Below the pieces are notes generated by a model. The model was not told where the DNA came from. It did not search any database and was given only the letters and a program-made list of their open reading frames with translations. Below, in pieces: positions 38,640 to 47,683 of a DNA stretch of 51,658 bases. The DNA is from Limisphaerales bacterium. GTDB taxonomy: Bacteria; Verrucomicrobiota; Verrucomicrobiia; Limisphaerales; SIBE01. Location of the stretch: positions 1 to 51,658 of the forward strand of contig JBGAIN010000039.1 in NCBI GenBank assembly GCA_044225505.1, written 5' to 3'. The position numbers and the translations under genes were made by a program. Position 1 is the stretch's first letter; each line of letters begins with the position of its first letter.

Positions 38640-39701
38640 ATGCAATCCACAGCATCGTCCTCGAGTCACCGCCGTGCCGATCTTTTGCTTCGCCTATTTC
38701 CGAAAGGCATACCGGCGCTATGGTGCCCTCCTCTGACGCACTATGACTCTCAAGGCGCTATCGATCCCGTTCGGATGGAGGCGCATTGGCGTTTCCTCGC
38801 CCCGTTCGTAAAGGGCATGCTCGTTCCGGGATCCACCGGGGATGGTTGGGAACTGACTGCCGACGAGAGTCGCGCTTTGGTGCAACTGGCTTTGGGATTG
38901 GCTGCTAAGCTTGACGTACGATTACTCATCGGCGCTCTTCGCCCGCTCGCGGCCGATGCTCGCACCACGATCACCGCGACAATCCAATCCCTAGACCCAA
39001 AGGCGCCGGACCCAACAGCGTTGTCCAAGATCCTAGCTCAAAAGAACGTCTGTGGATTCGCGGTTTGTCCGCCCCGTGGCGCGGATCTATCGCAGGATTT
39101 CCTGCAAAAAGCCCTGAGCGACCTATTGGAGGTCGGGGCTCCGCTCGCATTATACCAACTCCCGCAGGTCACTCTCAACGAAATGGCGCCCGACCAGGTG
39201 GCAGCGCTGGCAGCAGAATATCCCAACTTCGTTCTGTTCAAGGATACGAGCGGCCAGGATCGCGTCGTCCAATCTGGACTGGATCTCGGCGGGGTTTTCA
39301 CCGTCCGCGGCATGGAAGGCCAATACCATAAGTGGCTAAAACCTGCTGGCGGACCTTATGATGGTTTTCTCCTCAGTGCCGCAAACGGATTTGCGCCCCA
39401 ACTCCACGCCATGATTCAGCATCTTGAAGGGTCTCGGTTCGCGGAGGCCGATGCTTTGTCGCAGCGGATCAGCCATGCTGTGGAAAAAGTCTTTGGGCTT
39501 TTGAAGTCTTTTCCAGATGGGAACGTCTTTGCCAACAGCGGTAAGGCGGTCGATCACTTCATGGCGTTTGGCCCTCTGGCTGAAGAGGTGCGCCCGCCAC
39601 GACTTCACACCGGAAGAACTCTCCCTTCTGAAATCATCAAAGCTACCGGTGTTGTACTCCGTGAGTCGGAACTCATGCCGAAGCAGGGCTACCTCGATTG
39701 A
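38640..39701 (+). CDS. Dihydrodipicolinate synthase-family (class I aldolase/dehydratase-like) protein
   Basis: LVPGSTGDGWEL, LYQLPQVT and the Schiff-base Lys in LFKDTSG. Likely start at ATG 38640. Confidence 0.85.
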   Translation: MQSTASSSSHRRADLLLRLFPKGIPALWCPPLTHYDSQGAIDPVRMEAHWRFLAPFVKGMLVPGSTGDGWELTADESRALVQLALGLAAKLDVRLLIGALRPLAADARTTITATIQSLDPKAPDPTALSKILAQKNVCGFAVCPPRGADLSQDFLQKALSDLLEVGAPLALYQLPQVTLNEMAPDQVAALAAEYPNFVLFKDTSGQDRVVQSGLDLGGVFTVRGMEGQYHKWLKPAGGPYDGFLLSAANGFAPQLHAMIQHLEGSRFAEADALSQRISHAVEKVFGLLKSFPDGNVFANSGKAVDHFMAFGPLAEEVRPPRLHTGRTLPSEIIKATGVVLRESELMPKQGYLD

Positions 39702-39725
39702 GAGGCTCGGCCATGCATGCCTAAC

Positions 39726-40922
39726 TTAACGGGCGCCTGTCGCGGCGATTTCGTAGATCTTACCGTCGATGGTCAGAATGTACAGTTCTCCATGATCGTC
39801 CTCGGCAAAGCTTGTGACGTTTTTCGGCTGTTCTAGAAGGGTTCCATATTCTGCGACCTTACCATCAGAATAACGGAGGCCCCAAATAGTCCCTAACGTA
39901 TAGTCGGCGTAAATATAAACCCCAGCCAGAGCGGGGTTTTTCTTTCCGCGGTAAACATAACCGCCTGTGACGCTGGTGCCCGGACTGTGCTTTGAAAAAG
40001 CACTTTCGCGGGCTAAATCGGGAACGTGAGGATACTCCAGGACCGGGTCGATAAAACGGGCGCCGACCGGTCCGGGTTTGAAGTGATGGAAGCTCTCCCG
40101 TACCGGCCAACCGTAATTGCCGCCTTTAACAATGAGATTGATCTCTTCCCATTTATCCTGCCCCACGTCAGCCGCCCAAAGTTGCTTCGTTTCTCGGTCC
40201 CAACTCATACGCCAAACATTGCGCAATCCATACGCCCAGATCTCCGGGCACACGCCATAACCTTCTTGAATAAAAGGGTTGTCCTGCGGGATGGCGTAAG
40301 CGCGATTTGTTGAAGAATGGTCAACGTCCAGGCGCAAAATCTTACCCAGCATCGATGCGGTGTTCTGCCCGTTGTTGTGAGGATCGTTCGCACTGCCGCC
40401 ATCCCCCGACGAGACATAAAGAAAACCGTCGGGACCAAAGCTGATTTGGCCACCGTTGTGATTCCAATACGGCTGCGGAATCTCCAGCAGAACTCGCTCA
40501 CTGTGCACGCTCACGCGATTGGGATCTGCATGGAACTCGCTGATCACACTACGTCGAGGGTTCTGTTGCGTATAGTAAACAAAAAGCCGTCCGTTCTGCC
40601 GAAACTGCGGGTGGCAAGCCATGCCCAGCAACCCTTCTTCGTTTTCAACAAATGGCTTGCGATCGACGATATTGAAGAATTCCTTGGCATCCGTGCCGTC
40701 CCCGCCGCCAGCAACAGACAGGATTCGGCCTGGCTGCTCGAGGACAAAGAATCTTCCAGATCCGTCCGGAGCCACCTCCATCCACAACGGTCGATTGAAT
40801 ACCGCATTCGTAAATCGCAGCTGTAGCTCGATGGGAGGGAGGCCCGCACGCGCTGGCACGAGTCCAAGCCACAGCCCGATCAAACCCATTCCGAATTTTA
40901 GACCCAAGGAACCGTATCGCAT
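39726..40922 (-). CDS. PQQ-dependent sugar (glucose/sorbosone) dehydrogenase family protein
   Basis: Signal peptide; [51 protein letters not shown] and GGNYGWP. Confidence 0.9.
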   Translation of the reverse strand: MRYGSLGLKFGMGLIGLWLGLVPARAGLPPIELQLRFTNAVFNRPLWMEVAPDGSGRFFVLEQPGRILSVAGGGDGTDAKEFFNIVDRKPFVENEEGLLGMACHPQFRQNGRLFVYYTQQNPRRSVISEFHADPNRVSVHSERVLLEIPQPYWNHNGGQISFGPDGFLYVSSGDGGSANDPHNNGQNTASMLGKILRLDVDHSSTNRAYAIPQDNPFIQEGYGVCPEIWAYGLRNVWRMSWDRETKQLWAADVGQDKWEEINLIVKGGNYGWPVRESFHHFKPGPVGARFIDPVLEYPHVPDLARESAFSKHSPGTSVTGGYVYRGKKNPALAGVYIYADYTLGTIWGLRYSDGKVAEYGTLLEQPKNVTSFAEDDHGELYILTIDGKIYEIAATGAR

Positions 40923-41082
40923 CGCGTCGGATTAAACCTGGTCCGCTGCTGGATGCAAAGAGAAACAAAGCGAACCCTCCTGCGCCGCCCCAGAGACTCA
41001 CCGCTTAGGACTTGCCCACGTCACGCATGGGCTCTAGCTTTGCGGTCGTTCGCCCCAACTCCGACACCAACTCGCCAATGCC

Positions 41083-43086
41083 ATGCGCTCTACTCTCGAT
41101 TGCATTCGATGCACGGTCGCTCGCCTGCTGCCGCTGCTGCTCGTGCTCGCGGCCGGCCTTTCCGGTTGCACGCAGCCAAGAGCCCCTCGCATCAACGATG
41201 CTTTTGGTCTAACGGAAAGGAAAGAGTTCGTTGCCCGCCGTAACTCATCGAACAACGCGGATTGGAATTCCAATGATGATAGCAAACGCCCGATTCCTGG
41301 CGAAACCATCACCTTGGCCGATCTCCAGGGGCCAGGTTCCATAAGCCACCTCTGGATGACCATTGCCGACAATGAATACGGCTGGCCGCGCCTCCTCCGT
41401 TTGCGGGTCTACTACGATGGCAGCGATACACCCAGCGTGGACGCGCCTGTGGGTGATTTTTTTGCCGTTGGGAATGGAGTCGAGGGCGATGTCGAATCGG
41501 TGATGGTGCGGAACAGCTCTGGTGGACGGGCGCGCAACAGTTATTGGCCAATGCCATTTCGGAAATCGTGCCGCATCACCGTGACGAATGAAGGGCAGCG
41601 CCGAGTCACCATGCTCTATTACCATGTCGACTGGCAAAAGCTTCCCAGCTTACCCCCACACACCGCTTACTTTCATGCCCGCTACCGCCAGGCTTTGCCG
41701 GCTCCCGCCGATGGCTCCAACTATGAGTTTCTCAACGTTCGTGGGCGGGGACAGTACGTCGGGACTGTCCTATCCGTCGTGCAAGCTGAGGCTGGCTGGT
41801 TCGGAGAGGGTGACGACCTTTTCTGGGTGGATGGACGACGCCCGGAAATCGAAGGTACGGGAAGCGAGGATTACTTCAACGACGCTTGGGGCTTGCACGT
41901 CAACGATGGTCCCTACTACGGCGTTACAGTGGCTGAAGGAACCGGCCTGGGCGCTCGCATGACGGCGTATCGGTGGCATCTCGTCGATCCGATTCCTTTC
42001 ACTCGCTCGCTCAAGGCCGAGATCGAGCACAAGGGTTGGACTTATCGTCCAGACGGACAGGTCAAGTCATCGTTCGGTGAACGCACCGACTTAATGTCCA
42101 GTGTCGCGTTCTGGTATCAGGAAGGGATCGCTACGGATCAGCCTCCTGTCCCCTACGGCTCCGCTCGACTCCCTCAAGGCAACGCCCAACAAATCGAGGT
42201 GGAAGCCGCGTTGTCGAAATGTAACTCCCAACGGGGCCGCGTCTCGCTTAGCCCAGACTTGTTCTGGTCGAAGGACGTCATCTTGTTCGAGGCCGAGGGT
42301 AAAGGGTCCCAGATCGAGGTTCCCTTCAACGTCACCGAAACGGGGGATTACGAACTCTATACCGAGGTGGCGCAAGGAGCCGATTACGGAGTTTACAGTG
42401 TCCTGTTAGATGGCCAACCGCCCCACGCGCCGCAGCTTGAGCACGAACCTGGCGCGGATGTCCGACCGCAGATGCAATTCGACGGATATGCTTTAGAAAC
42501 TTACGTCGGCCTCGGCTATCAGGTCGGGTGGGTCCGCCTGACCGCCGGCCAGCACACCCTTACGTATGTGTGCCAAGGCAAACGAGAAGCTTCCGCAGGC
42601 TACAATTTGGGCATCGACGATATCGTCCTCGCCAAAGTCGGAGCGCAGGCGTGGGCGGCGGCCTCGAAGGTTAAGGCACCCGCGTTACCTGGCGACAGTG
42701 TGGATGCTCTAGCTCAAGCGTTAGCATCGGATCCGGATCCAATTACTCGGGGTCTAGCGGCGATTGGGCTTCGAAACCAAGCTCAAGGGGCCTTGCCCAT
42801 ATTGCCAACACTCATCGCCGCCCTCAAAGACCCGGTGGTCTCAGTACGCATGACTTCCGCCGACGCCATCGCGGCAATCGGACCACAAGCGGCATCAGCG
42901 GTAGACGCACTCATCGCCACGGGTTCGGCACCCGAGGAACAAGTGCATGTCCTTCGCTCCGTCGCGACCGCGTTGGCTAATATCGGAAAGCCCCACGCCT
43001 CCCGAGCCATCCCGTTACTCCGCCGTCTGGCTGAAATTCCGCGCGTCCGAGCCACTGCTGAATCAGCCATCCAGCGCCTCGAATAG
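41083..43086 (+). CDS. GH172 (DUF2961) lipoprotein with a beta-sandwich module and C-terminal HEAT repeats
   Basis: Lipobox LSGC; GPGSISHLWMT, NSYWPMPFRKS, YFHARY, WFGEGDD and GTGSEDYF; HEAT-like repeats (LIAALKDPVVSVRMTSADAIAAIG). Confidence 0.9.
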   Translation: MRSTLDCIRCTVARLLPLLLVLAAGLSGCTQPRAPRINDAFGLTERKEFVARRNSSNNADWNSNDDSKRPIPGETITLADLQGPGSISHLWMTIADNEYGWPRLLRLRVYYDGSDTPSVDAPVGDFFAVGNGVEGDVESVMVRNSSGGRARNSYWPMPFRKSCRITVTNEGQRRVTMLYYHVDWQKLPSLPPHTAYFHARYRQALPAPADGSNYEFLNVRGRGQYVGTVLSVVQAEAGWFGEGDDLFWVDGRRPEIEGTGSEDYFNDAWGLHVNDGPYYGVTVAEGTGLGARMTAYRWHLVDPIPFTRSLKAEIEHKGWTYRPDGQVKSSFGERTDLMSSVAFWYQEGIATDQPPVPYGSARLPQGNAQQIEVEAALSKCNSQRGRVSLSPDLFWSKDVILFEAEGKGSQIEVPFNVTETGDYELYTEVAQGADYGVYSVLLDGQPPHAPQLEHEPGADVRPQMQFDGYALETYVGLGYQVGWVRLTAGQHTLTYVCQGKREASAGYNLGIDDIVLAKVGAQAWAAASKVKAPALPGDSVDALAQALASDPDPITRGLAAIGLRNQAQGALPILPTLIAALKDPVVSVRMTSADAIAAIGPQAASAVDALIATGSAPEEQVHVLRSVATALANIGKPHASRAIPLLRRLAEIPRVRATAESAIQRLE

Positions 43087-43092
43087 AGAACC

Positions 43093-44115
43093 TCATTTCC
43101 CACCGAGCGAGCTCTTCAGCAAGGTCGATTTGTTAATGGTGGGGTCTGTGCGAACAGCTCCTTCTTGAGAACCCAACGCCAGGACAATCGCTTCCATCAA
43201 ACCGCGGGTGATATGAGCGTTCATGTCAACGGACGAGTCGGTCGTCCCGAGGACGGCTCCGAGCAGGCCTCCGCCGCGAAGCATCGCGGCGTTATAGGCC
43301 TCAGGCACCCGTGCTTCCGCGGCCGTCCCTTGCACCACGGAAAGAACCTGATTCACAATGTTTTGCCCTTCGGCTGTAATTAGACTCCGAGTCGCAGCAT
43401 CATTTCCGCCTTGAAGGGCTTGGGCTGGATCCGAAGGATTGAGCTGCGCCACCGCCTTCTGAATGATCGCCATCGCCCCAGGGACCGCTTTCTCCGCCGC
43501 GGTATTCATCGCCGTGGTCAAAGTCTGAGACTTCTTTCGATCAAAGACGGTCACCCCTTCAGGAATGCGAATCTGCTGGTTCGGATTTCGCGTGAAACTG
43601 CCTTCCGGTGCGAGCGCATTGGAAGCGCCTCTCACGGACAAGGTCAGCAACTCCCGCAGAGCGAGCAAACGATTGGCACGGATGACTTCCGGGCTTGGGC
43701 CGGTTGGCTTGGCCGCACTCGTCGGCACAGCGGCTGGAGCGGGAGCACCCGCGGTCGGAGGCACTAACGTCAAGAGCTGGCCCTGCGCGTTGTAAAAGTT
43801 GGTCGTGTAGGTTTGATTCGTCACCACGACATAGTTCGTCACGATCACGCGGTTGGTAATGAAGACGTAATTCGTGAGAACACTCATGAACATCGGCTTC
43901 GTGTCCAAAGCGGGGGCCGGTGCGGCCGCAGGGGCTGGCGCCGGAGTCGTCGTTGGAACTGGCTCCGCAGGTTGTGCCGCCGCGGGCTGGGCAGCAGCCG
44001 GTTGCCCTGGCTCAATCCGTCGAAGCACATCCAAAATGCTTTGCGCATGACCAATGGTCAGTGCCTGGATTAAGACAGCAGCGGAAGCGATAGATAAAGC
44101 AACGTTTCTACACAT
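43093..44115 (-). CDS. DUF4197-family protein with low-complexity N-terminal extension
   Basis: Signal peptide from ATG 44115; Pro/Ala linkers; DUF4197-like motifs IRIP, MNTAAEKAVP, GGNDAATR and E..VRTDP. Confidence 0.7.
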   Translation of the reverse strand: MCRNVALSIASAAVLIQALTIGHAQSILDVLRRIEPGQPAAAQPAAAQPAEPVPTTTPAPAPAAAPAPALDTKPMFMSVLTNYVFITNRVIVTNYVVVTNQTYTTNFYNAQGQLLTLVPPTAGAPAPAAVPTSAAKPTGPSPEVIRANRLLALRELLTLSVRGASNALAPEGSFTRNPNQQIRIPEGVTVFDRKKSQTLTTAMNTAAEKAVPGAMAIIQKAVAQLNPSDPAQALQGGNDAATRSLITAEGQNIVNQVLSVVQGTAAEARVPEAYNAAMLRGGGLLGAVLGTTDSSVDMNAHITRGLMEAIVLALGSQEGAVRTDPTINKSTLLKSSLGGK

Positions 44116-44351
44116 AGATAACTTGTCAGATTGTAGAGCTTCGAAACATTTCCGCAAGCCAGAGCAAAAGGCCGGCCCGTTCCGAGCTTGACGGCCCTAG
44201 CGAGAGTGCGTAAGTCACGCACCTCTGTACTCATGCGGATGCGATTCTTGATGCGAATTCGTCAGATGGCTGTGCGTTACCTCCATTTACGACGCGCCAT
44301 TCGCAACCTCGGCTTATCACCCGCTGCTCATCCCTGATTTATCCCTGAAAC

Positions 44352-47300
44352 ATGCACCTCGAAAACGATCCGCGCGGTCCCGCTTCCAACCTCAGCCACA
44401 GCCAGTCGAGTGTCAGTCGGCGGGATTTTCTCCACTGGACAGGCCTTGCTGCCGCGGGCGCCAGCTTCGCATCGTGGCGCACCATCGCGGGTCCTTTTGG
44501 CATAGGCGAGGCCTCCGGGTCGATTCCTGCCGACAAGAAACTGGACCCGCACTGGGTCAAATCTCTGTCCGAACGCGGTCGCCCAACCGTTTACCGCGGC
44601 CCAGAGCTGGAGAAGATTGGCATGCCGATTGGCGGCCTCTGCGCTGGGCAACTCTACTTGGGCGGCGACGGGCGGTTATGGCATTGGGATATTTTCAACG
44701 TGCCGCAACCGTCGAATTTCTCGGATACAGGGGGTCCCAATTACGCTCGCCCGCCCCGCCCTGCGGCTCCGATCGAGCAGGGTTTTGCGATCAAGATCAC
44801 CGGCCATGGCTCGACCGAGATTCGGACCTTGGACAGCCGCGGGATCGACCCTTGGCACATCCGGTTTTGCGGGCAATACCCGATTGGCTACGTCGATTAC
44901 CGCGATCCCAGCTTGCCTGTTACGGTCTCGTTGGAAGCCTTTTCGCCTTTCATTCCTCTCAATGTGCCCGATTCCTCCCTTCCAGCCACCGTCATGCGTT
45001 TTACGGTGAAGAACAAGGGCACTAAACCCCTCGAGATTGAGCTCGCGGGCTGGCTCGAAAACGCGGTTTGTTTCGGAAATCGTTGGCCTGGCCTCGGGCA
45101 ACGCGTCAACCGCAGTTACCGCGAAGGCGATTTGACCTTCGTCCACGCAACCGCCGAACCGCTTCCAGCAGCGCAACGCTCCGCGTATCGCCCCGAAATC
45201 ACCTTTGAAACTTTCGAGAATGGCTATGGCGACTGGAAGATCGAAGGAACGGCGTTCGGGTCGGAGCCAGCCAGTGGCACCTTACCGAACCAGAGTCCCG
45301 TCACAGGCTTTACGGGAAAACGGCTGGTCAATACGTTCCTCAAGGGAGATTCAACGAAAGGCCGGCTGACCTCACCCGCATTTCAGATTGAACGCAAGTT
45401 TGTCGGATTCCTCATCGGTGGTGGAAGCCACGCGGGACGCACGTGTATGAATCTGCTCGTGGACGGCAAATCAGTCCGCACCGCCCTGGGTAATTCCGAT
45501 GAGCGCCTAAGTTGGCAAGAATGGGACGTGAGCGAGCTCGAAGGACAGACCGCTCGCCTGGAAATCGTCGATCAGGCCGCCGAAGGTTGGGGCCATATCA
45601 ACGTTGACCAAATTATCTTCACAGACGAGCCACCTTCCGCACGCACGCCCCTTACCAAGCGCGAGGACTTCGGGTCGATGGCGCTGGGTGTGCTCGGAGA
45701 GACAAAACAGTCCTTCTGCCGAACGCAAGTCTCGCTCACTCCCGCGGAAGCTATATTCCAGTTCGATGGCAAGGCGTCGGAGTCGGAGATTCGAACTTCA
45801 TTCGCCCGCAAACTCATTGGCGCAGTCGGCCGCAAGCTCAGTCTCCCACCGGGGGCGGAAGGCGAAGTGAGCTTTCTCATCACCTGGTTCTTTCCGGGGC
45901 TCATGCGGGGATCCCTCGGTCCGCTCCAAGACCTGGAGAAACTGAAACGGAGCTACGCCAACCGGTTCGATTCCGCCGCCGACGTGGCTCGCAATCTGGC
46001 CAAAGACTTTGAGCGTCTGGCGACCACCACTCGGCTCTGGAACGAAACCTGGTACGATTCGTCCCTGCCCTACTGGTTCTTGGATCGGACATTCGCGCCA
46101 CTTTCCACACTGGCGACAAACACCTGCTACCAGTTCACTAACGGTCGGTTCTATGCTTTTGAAGGAGTCTACTGCTGCCAAGGAACCTGCCAACATGTTT
46201 GGAACTACGCGCAATCCGTTGCCCGGATTTTCCCAGACCTCGAGCGCGATCTGAGAGCGCGAACAGACTTCGGGTCGGCTTGGCATGACAATGGAGCCAT
46301 CGATTACCGCGGGGAATGTGCCCAGCACGTCGCGCATGACGGCCAATGCGGCGTCATCCTGCGAGCCTGGCGCGAACACCAGATGGCCCCAGATAACCGC
46401 TTTCTGCAAACAGCGTGGCCGCGCATCCGCAAATCTTTGGAATACCTAATGGCGCTGGAAGGCGGCGCAGAGGGCCTCCTTACCGGGGAACAGTACAATA
46501 CGCTGGACGCGGCCTGGTTCGGCCCCATGGCTTGGATCAGCTCGTTCTATATCGCCGCCTTGCGCGCCGGTGAAGCGATGGCGAAAGAATCGGACGATAA
46601 AGCGTTCGCCGAACGGTGCCGCCAAATTGCCGAACGCGGGTCGTCGCAGTTGGTTGAGAAACTCTACAACGGCGAGTTTTTTATCCACAAACCCGACACC
46701 AATCACCCGCGAGCAACCAACACGAACGACGGTTGTCATATCGATCAACTCATGGGCCAAGCTTGGGCTTGGCAAGTGGGCTTGCCACGCGTCGTCGGCA
46801 CGGAACAAACACTTTCCGCACTGGAAGCGATCTGGAAATATAACTTCGCACCAGACGTGGGGCCCTACCGCGAAAGCTCGTATATCCGTGGTGGTCGCTG
46901 GTATGCCATGCCCGGGGAAGGCGGCGTGGTCATGACTACATTTCCACGCGGGGGCATCGAGAAAGCGAGTGGCAACGGCGGCTTCGGTTACTATTTCAAC
47001 GAAGTTTGGACGGGACAGGAACATCAACTCGCGGCGCACATGCTTTGGGAAGGGATGACTGATCAGGCCCTGGTCATCACCCGCGTCCTGCACGACCGGC
47101 ACCACGCGATGAAGCGTAATCCCTACAACGAAGTGGAGTGTTCGGATCATTACTCTCGGGCGATGGCGAGTCATGGCACTTATCTGGCCGCCTGCGGTTA
47201 CGAGTATCACGGGCCCAAGGGCTACCTCGGTTTTGTGCCCCGCATCCATCCGGAACATTTTAAGGCCGCCTTCACCGCCGCCGAAGGTTGGGGCACATTC

Positions 47301-47540
47301 CAGCAAGATCTGGACGGGGCTCGCCAAATCCACAAGCTTACGCTCCGTTATGGGCGCCTGCGGTTGAAGACGCTAAGCTTGCAGGTTCCCGACAAGTTGG
47401 CATCGGCCCTGACCCAAGTCCGCCTAAATGGGACCGAAGTGGACGCGACCGCCCGGTATATTGACACTCGCCTCTTCCTGGTGTTCCGCGAACCGACCGT
47501 CATTCCCACCGGGGGCACACTTGAAGTAATTGTGGGATAG
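44352..47540 (+). CDS. Tat-exported GH116 glycoside hydrolase with an inserted CBM38-like module
   Basis: SRRDFL Tat motif; IGMPIGGLCAGQLYLGGDG, EAFSPFIP, FYAFEG, CQHVWNY, QYNTLD and NPYNEVECSDHYSRAMAS. Insert: G.LTSP.F.I...FLIGGG...IVD...GWGHINVDQI. Confidence 0.9.
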   Translation: MHLENDPRGPASNLSHSQSSVSRRDFLHWTGLAAAGASFASWRTIAGPFGIGEASGSIPADKKLDPHWVKSLSERGRPTVYRGPELEKIGMPIGGLCAGQLYLGGDGRLWHWDIFNVPQPSNFSDTGGPNYARPPRPAAPIEQGFAIKITGHGSTEIRTLDSRGIDPWHIRFCGQYPIGYVDYRDPSLPVTVSLEAFSPFIPLNVPDSSLPATVMRFTVKNKGTKPLEIELAGWLENAVCFGNRWPGLGQRVNRSYREGDLTFVHATAEPLPAAQRSAYRPEITFETFENGYGDWKIEGTAFGSEPASGTLPNQSPVTGFTGKRLVNTFLKGDSTKGRLTSPAFQIERKFVGFLIGGGSHAGRTCMNLLVDGKSVRTALGNSDERLSWQEWDVSELEGQTARLEIVDQAAEGWGHINVDQIIFTDEPPSARTPLTKREDFGSMALGVLGETKQSFCRTQVSLTPAEAIFQFDGKASESEIRTSFARKLIGAVGRKLSLPPGAEGEVSFLITWFFPGLMRGSLGPLQDLEKLKRSYANRFDSAADVARNLAKDFERLATTTRLWNETWYDSSLPYWFLDRTFAPLSTLATNTCYQFTNGRFYAFEGVYCCQGTCQHVWNYAQSVARIFPDLERDLRARTDFGSAWHDNGAIDYRGECAQHVAHDGQCGVILRAWREHQMAPDNRFLQTAWPRIRKSLEYLMALEGGAEGLLTGEQYNTLDAAWFGPMAWISSFYIAALRAGEAMAKESDDKAFAERCRQIAERGSSQLVEKLYNGEFFIHKPDTNHPRATNTNDGCHIDQLMGQAWAWQVGLPRVVGTEQTLSALEAIWKYNFAPDVGPYRESSYIRGGRWYAMPGEGGVVMTTFPRGGIEKASGNGGFGYYFNEVWTGQEHQLAAHMLWEGMTDQALVITRVLHDRHHAMKRNPYNEVECSDHYSRAMASHGTYLAACGYEYHGPKGYLGFVPRIHPEHFKAAFTAAEGWGTFQQDLDGARQIHKLTLRYGRLRLKTLSLQVPDKLASALTQVRLNGTEVDATARYIDTRLFLVFREPTVIPTGGTLEVIVG

Positions 47541-47642
47541 CGGCGAAGCTGTCGAGGGTCGATCCCGATGTCGGATTCGCCGACCCGCCTGCCGACCGGA
47601 GACCCAGTGTGCGGTTGTGTCCGAAAGACCAACCGCAGGAAC

Positions 47643-47674
47643 CGCTTTTCACTCTACCGGTGGAAGGGCGTTTT
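47643..47674 (+). terminator. Putative Rho-independent terminator after the GH116 gene
   Basis: CGCTTTTCAC-TCTACCG-GTGGAAGGGCG stem (G-U pairs, one bulge) followed by TTTT, between convergent genes. Confidence 0.45.
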
Positions 47675-47683
47675 AGAAACGGT

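Noticed and set aside
44188..44226. TTGACG-N17-TAAGTC promoter-like site overlapping a GTGCGT/ACGCAC hairpin upstream of GH116
   Set aside because: The -10 box lacks the conserved final T and the stem is short; too weak to call.
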